The position numbers were made by a program, and so were the translations under genes. From Anaerolineae bacterium (GTDB lineage: Bacteria; Chloroflexota; Anaerolineae; Epilineales; Epilineaceae), in contig JAJCYU010000284.1 of NCBI GenBank assembly GCA_029262755.1, positions 1 through 34,268 on the forward strand: 34,268 nucleotides of DNA, in the 5' to 3' direction. This document shows, piece by piece, positions 25,025-32,978 of the stretch. Within the stretch, counting starts at the first letter, position 1, and each line of letters starts with the position of its first letter. The notes under the pieces are model-generated. The model worked only from the letters and a program-made list of their open reading frames with translations, was not told the DNA's origin and ran no database searches.

Positions 25025-28000
25025 ATGCGTAGACCCGGAGCCCGCGGGCGAGCGCTGCTCGGCGCGACGTGTCTCGTCGCCTTGGCATGGCTGCCATGGT
25101 GGGCGCCCATGGCATCGCTGCCACAGCACCCTCCTGTGGTACTTGCCAACGATGATACCAAGGCCCGCACCGCCCTGCCGCAGGGGCACGAGCCGGCTCG
25201 TGGCGCGGACGACTCTCCTCGCCGCGCATCCAGCCGGCCATCCGCGTCAGGCGAGGTATCCGCTGCCGCCGCTGCAGGAACCAACCAAGGCGCCGTGCTC
25301 CCGGAGCGCTACGAGCTCGATGCGGTCGGGTCCTCGCGCAGTCCGGAGTCCGACCGCCCGCTTTTCGAGTCCCCGATCGACGTCGCGGTCGACGGCGATC
25401 GGATCTGGGTGCTCGACGTGGGCGTGCCTGGCGTGGCCCAACTCGATGCGAGCGGCGATCTGCTCGCGTGGATGCCCCTCGCGGTCGCCGCGACACAGCC
25501 CGTCGCGCTCGACGCCCGCGATGCGCGCATCGCCATCGTCTGGCCGGATCGTGGTGAGATTCGCACACCCGACGGCGCCGTGCTTGCGCGATGGACGCAA
25601 GGGGCCACGGAAGGCAAGGCCGTCGGGGTAGCCCTGCAGGCCGACGGAGGATTGGTCGTTGCGGAGGCGGTTGCCGGCCCAACCGGCGGCGTTGCGCTGG
25701 CGCATCGCCGGCCGGACGCAACGCTTCGCGAGCGCTGGAGGGACGATGCGATTGCCGTACGCTCGCCGCGTGGGGTCGACGTCGCGGACGACGGGCTCGT
25801 CGTGCTCGCGGCCGACGGGGCGGTCTACCTATGGCGTAGCGGTGCCATCGTGGGCCTCGCCCGTGCAACCGGACGCGAGGGGCCGCCAATGATCGATGCC
25901 GCGTTCGATGGGATGGGGGTGCTCCTCGGGATGCTCGGACCCCGCTTGGCGCCCGATGGCCCCACGGAAGTATTGCGCTGGCAGATCGATGACCCACAGC
26001 GCCCAACGCTAGCCGAAGGGCTGGTGGCGCCCGCGGCGATCGCGCTGGCGCTGGGACCCGGATCCGGGTGGCTGGCCCTCGTCGACGAAGGCGACGGCGA
26101 CTTCGACCGCGTCGGGCTCTTCCGCGGTTCGAACGCCGCCGATCTGCGTGCGGGTCTCGTTCCATGGTCCCGGCCTCCCCCGGCGGTCGGCGTTCTGCGC
26201 GGCCCCCGTTTCGTCGCGGTCGGCGATGACGGCGATGTGTTCCTTGGCGATGACGCGGACCGCGTCCATCGCTGGTCGCCCGACGGCGTGCCTCTCGACG
26301 CCTGGGCGATTGCAGGCGTCCGCGATGTCGCGGCCGGCCTTGCGGATGCAGACGGGCCCTGCGTGCTCGCCATTGCCGGCGCGACATGCATGGACTCAGC
26401 CGGTCGCGTCGGCACTGCACCCACGGTCTCACCAGGAGGCTGGCCGTCCGCGATCTCGGTACGGGACGGGCGCCTGCTTCTGATCGACCTCGGCCATCAA
26501 CGCGCGAGCGTGCACGACGCTTCGGGCGCGGAAGTGGCCCGATGGGATCTGCCCGCAGGTGACGGCTACGCGGCGATCGTGGACGCGGACATGGGCCCAC
26601 GGGGCGCCTCGCCGGCACGAGTTGCGCTGGCCGAGAGCGGTGAGCCCGACGTCGGGATTCACCTCGCGCTTGATGGAGGCTTGCTTGCGCGCGCGGCCTT
26701 GCCGGCCGGCACGGAGCGAGTGGCCCAGGTTGAGGACAACGTGTTCAGCCTTGCCACGGACGGCCGGATTTGGAAACACGACAGAGACGGCGAGCCCTTG
26801 TCCGCATGGCTGCCGGGTCCCAACGCCGCCGGCACACCGGGCGACCTCGCGGTGGGACCGGCCGACCACGTGTTCGTGACGGACCCGGCGGGCGACCGGG
26901 TCCTGCGCTACCGCCCCGCGGAGGGAGAGTCCTTGGCACCACCGCCATCAGACGGCGAGGTATGCGAAGTGCATGTCGACAAGCGCGCCGCACCGGCGGA
27001 AGTCGGCATCGGCGATGCCGTCACCGTTACATTGTCCGTGCGGGGTGCGTGCCCACGCGGCGACGGCGCGCTCGACGTGGTGGTGGCGCTCGACACCTCG
27101 GCCTCGATGGCCGGGCCGCCGCTCGCCGCCGCACAACGCGCCGTCGCGGCATTCTTGGGCGAGCTGGATGCCGGTCGTTCACGCGTCGGGCTGGTTGGCT
27201 TCGGAAGGGACACCACGTTGGCTCAGGCGCCTACGGGCGATCTGGCTTCGATTCCGCGCGCCCTCGGGGCGCTCACGACCGGCGGCACGACCCGCTATGC
27301 GCCGGCATTGGAGTTGGCGGGCGACGCGCTCGACGCGCTGGCATCGCGCGCAGGTGTACCCCGTGCCGTCGTGCTGATGTCGGATGGTCGACCCAACGAT
27401 CTGGACCGGGCGCTGCCTGCGGCTCTCGGCCTACAGGGACGCGGTGTGGAGCTCTACACCATCGGCTTCGGCCCCAACGCGGAGTTGGGGCTGCTCCGAC
27501 GAATGGCAAGCAGTGCGGGGCACTTCTTCGAAGCACCTACGGGCCCCGATCTAGTGGACGTATTCCGCGCACTGGGTCGTCAAGTTCGGTCGGATCGGCT
27601 GCTCGATCAGGCACGCATCCACGACGAGCTGCCCGCGGACATGGACTATGTGCCCGCGTCCGGTTCGCCTGCGCCGCGTGTCACGGGCCGCACGTTGCAA
27701 TGGACTCTGCTGGGCGTATCGAGTGCCGGCGTCGAGCTCAGTTACCAGGTTCGGCCCCGCCTCGCCGGCATCCGGCCGACCAACGCCTGGGCACGATTGA
27801 CCTACATCGACGGTGTCGGTTTTTCCGACGAGCGCGACTTTCCTGTGCCGCACGTCCGCGTGCGTCCGAGCCTCTATTTGCCGTGGCTTGCGCGGGCACA
27901 GTGTCGGCCTCGCCGGGTCGATGTCGCGTTGGTAATCGACACATCGGGCAGCATGGACCTACCCGTGGAGGTCGGCGGCGAACGCAAGCTCGACGCGGCG

Positions 28001-28471
28001 CGCGCGGCAGCGACGGGCTTCCTGGACGCCATGCGCTTCCCCGACGACCGAGCCGCCATCGTTTCCTTCGATGCGTCCGCGCGCACGATCCAGGCGTTGA
28101 CGGCCGACGAATCACGGGCGCGCGTCGGGCTCGACTTGCTGCGAGTTGCGCCTGGCACGCGCATCGACGCGGGGCTTGCCGCAGGAGCGAGCGCGCTCCG
28201 CGATCCCGCACGTCGCCGCGCGGTGACACCGCTACTCGTGCTCTTGACGGACGGCCGTCCATCGGAAGGCACCGTTGCCGCGGTGCGTTCCGCAGCCCGC
28301 TCCGCGCGCGACGAAGGCATTCGCTTGTTCACGATCGGCCTCGGCGCGGATGTGGATGCCGCGCTGCTCGCCGAATTGGCGGGCGACCCTGCCCGCAGCT
28401 TCATCGCACCCGATACGGCGACGCTGCGTGCCGTCTACGACCGGCTGGCGGGCAGCGTCCTGTGCGAGTAG
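25025..28471 (+). CDS. Secreted protein with NHL-like beta-propeller region, VWA domain, DUF11-like domain and second VWA domain
   Basis: NHL-like repeats (PIDVAVDGDRIWVLD, PRGVDVADDG, PGDLAVGPADHVFVTD); two MIDAS motifs DTSASM and DTSGSM with SDG/TDG; IHDELPADMDYV. Start uncertain (25025 gives a signal peptide; 24839 possible). Confidence 0.85.
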   Translation: MRRPGARGRALLGATCLVALAWLPWWAPMASLPQHPPVVLANDDTKARTALPQGHEPARGADDSPRRASSRPSASGEVSAAAAAGTNQGAVLPERYELDAVGSSRSPESDRPLFESPIDVAVDGDRIWVLDVGVPGVAQLDASGDLLAWMPLAVAATQPVALDARDARIAIVWPDRGEIRTPDGAVLARWTQGATEGKAVGVALQADGGLVVAEAVAGPTGGVALAHRRPDATLRERWRDDAIAVRSPRGVDVADDGLVVLAADGAVYLWRSGAIVGLARATGREGPPMIDAAFDGMGVLLGMLGPRLAPDGPTEVLRWQIDDPQRPTLAEGLVAPAAIALALGPGSGWLALVDEGDGDFDRVGLFRGSNAADLRAGLVPWSRPPPAVGVLRGPRFVAVGDDGDVFLGDDADRVHRWSPDGVPLDAWAIAGVRDVAAGLADADGPCVLAIAGATCMDSAGRVGTAPTVSPGGWPSAISVRDGRLLLIDLGHQRASVHDASGAEVARWDLPAGDGYAAIVDADMGPRGASPARVALAESGEPDVGIHLALDGGLLARAALPAGTERVAQVEDNVFSLATDGRIWKHDRDGEPLSAWLPGPNAAGTPGDLAVGPADHVFVTDPAGDRVLRYRPAEGESLAPPPSDGEVCEVHVDKRAAPAEVGIGDAVTVTLSVRGACPRGDGALDVVVALDTSASMAGPPLAAAQRAVAAFLGELDAGRSRVGLVGFGRDTTLAQAPTGDLASIPRALGALTTGGTTRYAPALELAGDALDALASRAGVPRAVVLMSDGRPNDLDRALPAALGLQGRGVELYTIGFGPNAELGLLRRMASSAGHFFEAPTGPDLVDVFRALGRQVRSDRLLDQARIHDELPADMDYVPASGSPAPRVTGRTLQWTLLGVSSAGVELSYQVRPRLAGIRPTNAWARLTYIDGVGFSDERDFPVPHVRVRPSLYLPWLARAQCRPRRVDVALVIDTSGSMDLPVEVGGERKLDAARAAATGFLDAMRFPDDRAAIVSFDASARTIQALTADESRARVGLDLLRVAPGTRIDAGLAAGASALRDPARRRAVTPLLVLLTDGRPSEGTVAAVRSAARSARDEGIRLFTIGLGADVDAALLAELAGDPARSFIAPDTATLRAVYDRLAGSVLCE

Positions 28472-29202
28472 CCCCCGTCGATACCGACGAGAGCGCCCCG
28501 GGGCGCGCGGGCCGGCATCGGGTCTTCCTCTTCGATCTGGACCAGACGCTGCTCCGTGCCAACGGCGCCGGTGGCGCCGCGTTTGCGTACGCGTTCCGAA
28601 CGGTACTCGGGGACGACACGGCGCTGCACGGAATCGAATACGCGGGGCGGACGGATCGCGGGATCCTGACCGAGGCGCTCGATCGGGCCGGCGTGTCGCC
28701 GGCCGAGCAGGGCGACGTGCGGCAGTGCATCGTCCAACGCGTGTGCGAGGCGTTGCCCGATTGCTTGCGCACTGCCGACGCACGTACGCTACCCGGATCG
28801 CAGTCCGTGTTGGCCGCGCTCTCGGAGGAACCGAACGTCACGTTGGGAATGGGCACGGGCAATTTGCGAGCGACCGCCCTCATCAAGGTGGCGCATGTGG
28901 GCTTGAGCCCGTGGTTGCACGACGGCGGCTTCGGTGACGATCACACGCAACGCCACGGCATGATCGCCGACGCAGCGGCCGCGCTCTGTCCGCCCGACCG
29001 CGACGCGGACGTCGTTGTCATCGGCGACACGGCGCTCGATGTCGCGGCCGCCCGCAGCAACGGATTCGCTAGCGTCGGGGTCGCAACAGGCGGCGCGACC
29101 CGAGCGACGCTGCAGGCCTGCGGCGCCGACGCCGTGCTTGCCGACCTACGCGATACCGAGCACGTCCTGCGCGTGCTGCGTACGGTTCGCTTCCCTGGGT
29201 AG
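28462..29202 (+). CDS. HAD-superfamily hydrolase (phosphoglycolate phosphatase-like)
   Basis: Motif I FLFDLDQTLL, motif II GTGN, Lys, motif IV VIGDTALD; in-frame GTG at 28462 overlaps the VWA gene stop. Confidence 0.88.
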   Translation: MRVAPVDTDESAPGRAGRHRVFLFDLDQTLLRANGAGGAAFAYAFRTVLGDDTALHGIEYAGRTDRGILTEALDRAGVSPAEQGDVRQCIVQRVCEALPDCLRTADARTLPGSQSVLAALSEEPNVTLGMGTGNLRATALIKVAHVGLSPWLHDGGFGDDHTQRHGMIADAAAALCPPDRDADVVVIGDTALDVAAARSNGFASVGVATGGATRATLQACGADAVLADLRDTEHVLRVLRTVRFPG

Positions 29203-29418
29203 CCCGCGGCTGCCGCACGGCCCTCGTTGCCCCGGGAATATCGCGGTCTCGCGGCACTCGAAACGCGGGAGTGCAGGCCTCGGCGGCATCTTCGAGGTCG
29301 CCGCAAACCGCCCGCGTAACGCGAGGCCCATGGCATCGGACGTAAGGGAGCCGCCGCACCGCGCGTCGGTGATGGAGTCGGCGCGAGTCGCCGCCCACCC
29401 AGGATCAAGGAGATACGG

Positions 29419-30087
29419 ATGACCGCTGCGAGTCAGAACGGTCGCAAGCAAGGTGCGGCACCTTCCGCGAGCGCACCATGGGTCGAAGCCCAACGGCCGC
29501 AGGAACTGGAATTCGTTCCGGCCGATCAACACACGGAAATCGAGTGGCGCGTTCGGGAGCTCTTGGCCTTGTTGGGCGAAGATCCGGAACGCGAAGGCCT
29601 CCTACGCACCCCCCATCGGGTGGCCAAGATGTACGGTGAGTTGCTCGCCGGCTACACGCAAGACCTCGACGAGGTCATCAACGGCGCACTTTTCGATGTC
29701 GCATACGGGGAGGGCGAGATGGTCGCGGTGGCGGACATCGAGTACCAGTCGCTGTGCGAACATCACATGCTGCCCTTCACCGGGGTCGCGCACGTGGCCT
29801 ATGTGCCGGGCGAGCGGGTCGTCGGTTTGAGCAAGATCCCGCGGATCGTGGACATGTTTGCGCGGCGGCTACAGGTCCAGGAACGGCTGACCAATCAGGT
29901 TGCCGATGCCATCGAGTCGGCCCTGGATCCGCGCGGCGTGATGGTCGTGTTCGACGGCAGCCACAGCTGCGCGAGCCTTCGTGGCGTGAAGAAACACGGC
30001 TTGAAGATGACCACGACCGCACGTCGCGGCCAGTTCCGCGAGGACACGACGTTGCGCGATGAGTTCTACCGCCTGATCGGCCGCTGA
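29419..30087 (+). CDS. folE: GTP cyclohydrolase I
   Basis: AAGGAG RBS; GEDPEREGLLRTPHRVA, SLCEHHMLPF, GLSKIPR, RRLQVQERLT, HSC. Confidence 0.97.
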   Translation: MTAASQNGRKQGAAPSASAPWVEAQRPQELEFVPADQHTEIEWRVRELLALLGEDPEREGLLRTPHRVAKMYGELLAGYTQDLDEVINGALFDVAYGEGEMVAVADIEYQSLCEHHMLPFTGVAHVAYVPGERVVGLSKIPRIVDMFARRLQVQERLTNQVADAIESALDPRGVMVVFDGSHSCASLRGVKKHGLKMTTTARRGQFREDTTLRDEFYRLIGR

Positions 30088-30294
30088 GCGGGCCCAGCGT
30101 CGCAACGAGGACGCTGTTGGCCACAACGTCGTGTGGCCCCGACATCGGGTGCGTCCAACGAGAACCCGACCAAGGCGGGGACCGCCGTATGCGCGCTTAG
30201 TTTGGCACGCAGCGAGACGCGGGTCCGAACCATCTACCGTAGTCGCTGACTGCGTTCTTCTCCAGTTCCGCCGAGCAGGGCGGTCTCCTAGGAC

Positions 30295-31140
30295 ATGGAT
30301 CGAGACGTTATGGACCTCCAAGGCCGCGTTGCGCTCGTCACGGGCGGCGGAAAGCGATTGGGACGGGCGATCGTGCTCTCGCTCGCGCGGGCCGGCGCGG
30401 ACGTGTACGTCCACTATGGGCGTTCTTCCGAAGCTGCCGAGGACACCGCCTCGGAGGCCCGTCAGTCCGACGTGAGGGCGTGGACCGGTTCGGCCGACCT
30501 GCGCGAAGCCGATGCGATTGAAGCGCTCTTCGACGACGTGAGTCGCCGCGCGGGACGCTTGGACGTGCTTGTCAACAGCGCCGCCCGATTCGATTCGGAG
30601 GCCCTCGCGGACGTGGATATCCAGGGTTGGGCCGCGTCGATGGACGTCAACCTGCGTGCTCCGTTCTTGTGTGCCCGAGCCGCCGCGCTGCTCATGCGGG
30701 GCGATGGGGGCAATCGCTCCGGCACCAATTCTGACTCCGGCTCCGTCACCGCCGACCCAAGCGCGCTCGAGCCTGATGCTCCGGACGAAGGCTGCGTGAT
30801 CAACATCGCGGATCTCTCTGCGATCCATCCCTGGCGCGACCACATCCAGCACGGCGTCAGTAAGGCGGGCTTGGTTCACCTCGGGCACATCCTCGCGCGC
30901 GAGCTCGCACCGTCCGTGCGTGTGAACACGATCGTTCCAGGGGCCATCTTGCCGCCGCCTGGCACGTCGCCGAGTAGCGAGGCGTGGCGCAAGACCGCCG
31001 AACGCGTGCCGCTGCGCCGGACCGGCCGGCCGTCGGTGATCGCGGACTCCGTGCTCTTTCTCGCCCGCAATGACTTCATCACCGGCGCAACACTGCGCGT
31101 AGACGGCGGCGAGGGCCTGCTCGGCCCCGTTGGACACTAG
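30295..31140 (+). CDS. Short-chain dehydrogenase of pteridine reductase (FolM/PTR1) type
   Basis: TGGGKRLG with the Arg typical of pteridine reductases, VHYGRS, LVNSAA, VNLRAPF, VRVNTIVPG, ITGATLRVDGG; lies between folE and folB. Confidence 0.85.
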   Translation: MDRDVMDLQGRVALVTGGGKRLGRAIVLSLARAGADVYVHYGRSSEAAEDTASEARQSDVRAWTGSADLREADAIEALFDDVSRRAGRLDVLVNSAARFDSEALADVDIQGWAASMDVNLRAPFLCARAAALLMRGDGGNRSGTNSDSGSVTADPSALEPDAPDEGCVINIADLSAIHPWRDHIQHGVSKAGLVHLGHILARELAPSVRVNTIVPGAILPPPGTSPSSEAWRKTAERVPLRRTGRPSVIADSVLFLARNDFITGATLRVDGGEGLLGPVGH

Positions 31141-31161
31141 ACTCGACCGGAGGCCCCACCG

Positions 31162-31590
31162 ATGACCCCTGATCCGCAACGCGCAACAAACGCACAACCG
31201 ACCCTTTCACAGAGTGCGCTACCGCGCGCGGACCGCATCCTGGTACGCGATCTCCTCCTGCGCGGCGTGATCGGGCTGAACGACTGGGAGCGCGAGGTCG
31301 AGCAGGACATTCTGGTCAACTTGGAGCTTCATACCGATGTGCGTCGCGCCGGCGAAACCGATCGCGCGGAGGACATCCTGAACTACCGGACGATCACCAA
31401 GGCCATCGTAGAGCTGGTCGCGCAGGGCGAGCCTTTCCTCGTGGAACGCCTCGCGACCGATATCGCCCGCCTATGCGTGGTCGAGCACGGGGCTGCGCGT
31501 GCGCGAGTGCGCGTGGAGAAGCCGGGCGCGCTTCGTTTCGCCCGTTCCGTCGGCGTCGAAATTGAGCGGGGTCCGGAGGACTTCGCATGA
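31162..31590 (+). CDS. folB: Dihydroneopterin aldolase/epimerase (FolB/FolX family)
   Basis: GGAGG RBS; DRILVRDL..RGVIG..DWER...Q, LNYRTITK, LVERLA, VEKPGALRFARSVGVEIER. Confidence 0.9.
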   Translation: MTPDPQRATNAQPTLSQSALPRADRILVRDLLLRGVIGLNDWEREVEQDILVNLELHTDVRRAGETDRAEDILNYRTITKAIVELVAQGEPFLVERLATDIARLCVVEHGAARARVRVEKPGALRFARSVGVEIERGPEDFA

Positions 31591-32171
31591 GACAGCCGCC
31601 GTCCGATGAGGCCTTGATCGCCTTGGGTTCGAACATTCGCCCGCGTGAGCATCTTGCCGCCGCCATCCAGCGCCTGGCAGACACCGAAGGCCTGCACCTG
31701 GTGGCAACGTCCGGCGTGTGGCGTAGTGAAGCGATCGGGAGCAAGGGACCGCCGTTTCTCAACGCGGCCGTGCGCGTGCGTCTCAGCGGGCAATGGATCG
31801 ACGCCGAACGGTTGAAGTACGATGTCCTGCGACCGATCGAGGCCGCGCTCGGCCGCACGCGCGGCGAGGATCCCAACGCGGCGCGCACCATCGATCTGGA
31901 TCTCAGCATGCTCGGCGCCACCGAACGAAGGCCGGGCGCGGACGTGCGGCCAGTAGTATTGCCCGACCCCGAGGTGCTCCTGCGACCGCACGTGGCGTGG
32001 CCGCTGGCGGAGGTCGCACCGGACTGGCGCTATCCGGGCGACGGTCGGACCATCGCCCGCATCGCAGCCGCATTGGGTCGCGAAGGCATTCAACGCGAGC
32101 CGACTCGTCTACCAGGGCACCGAGCCCGCGCGAAGAAGGCAGCGGCGCTGGTGAGCGGGCACGACGGTTGA
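31587..32171 (+). CDS. folK: 2-amino-4-hydroxy-6-hydroxymethyldihydropteridine diphosphokinase
   Basis: IALGSNI, FLNAAV, IEAALGRTR, RTIDLDL; ATGA overlap with folB. Confidence 0.92.
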   Translation: MRQPPSDEALIALGSNIRPREHLAAAIQRLADTEGLHLVATSGVWRSEAIGSKGPPFLNAAVRVRLSGQWIDAERLKYDVLRPIEAALGRTRGEDPNAARTIDLDLSMLGATERRPGADVRPVVLPDPEVLLRPHVAWPLAEVAPDWRYPGDGRTIARIAAALGREGIQREPTRLPGHRARAKKAAALVSGHDG

Positions 32172-32950
32172 ACGATCCCTCCGGCTCCCTTCCCGCTCCC
32201 GTAAGCCTGGCGGCGCGAATCGCGGCGCTACGACCGCTGACGCCAAGCGTCCTCGGAGTCGATCTCGACCTCAACGGCGCGTCGCTACCCTTTCTCGCCG
32301 GGCAATGGATCGATCTGCATGTGGAACTGGATGCCGGGGATGGGGGCGGCAACGCCGTGGGCGGCTACTCCATTACCTCGCCGCCGGCGCAGCAGGGCAT
32401 GATCGAGTTGGCCGTCAAGGCAGCGCCGAGCCATCCCGTCACGCGCTGGCTGCATAGCCGCGCGGCCGTAGGCGACCCGGTGCGCGTGGTCGGCGGCCAG
32501 GGCAGCATGACGTGGAGCCCCGGCGATGGCGGACCGCTGATGTTGGTCGCGGGCGGGATCGGCATCACGCCCTTGATGAGCATTCTGCGCACCGTGGACG
32601 CCGATGCCGGCGGCACGCAGGCCACGCTGGCCTACAGCGCATCGACTCCGGTCGAGCTGGCCTTCGCACCGGCCCTGCGGCTTATGGCCGCCACGAACGC
32701 GCGCATCCAGACACATTTCACCGTCACCGGCACCGACACGGGCACCGGAACCGGAACCGGCACCGTCAGCGTGGTAGAGGGGTGGACGGGTCGAACGGGG
32801 CGAATTGACCGCGCCTGGCTCGCGGAGCTCCTGCCACCGGAGGCGCTGTGCTACGTCTGCGGACCGCCAGCCATGATCGATCGCGTCGAGACCGATCTGC
32901 GTGCGCTCGGTGTGGCGGAGGATCGGATCCGGACGGAGCGATGGTGGTGA
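32168..32950 (+). CDS. FAD/NAD(P)-binding oxidoreductase, ferredoxin-NADP reductase family (OXNAD1-like)
   Basis: FLAGQWIDL, VGGYSITSPP, IELAVK, LVAGGIGITPLMSIL, YVCGPPAM, C-terminal ERWW; TTG start overlaps the folK stop (TTGA). Confidence 0.88.
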   Translation: MNDPSGSLPAPVSLAARIAALRPLTPSVLGVDLDLNGASLPFLAGQWIDLHVELDAGDGGGNAVGGYSITSPPAQQGMIELAVKAAPSHPVTRWLHSRAAVGDPVRVVGGQGSMTWSPGDGGPLMLVAGGIGITPLMSILRTVDADAGGTQATLAYSASTPVELAFAPALRLMAATNARIQTHFTVTGTDTGTGTGTGTVSVVEGWTGRTGRIDRAWLAELLPPEALCYVCGPPAMIDRVETDLRALGVAEDRIRTERWW

Positions 32951-32978
32951 GGTTGCACGGGAGGCTCCAAGGCGAACC

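Noticed and set aside
26770..28461. Apparent 810-aa ORF fusing an Arg-rich region to the HAD domain
   Set aside because: The N-terminal 564 codons are an alternative frame of the VWA gene with Arg-rich nonsense composition; only 28462-29202 looks like a real protein.
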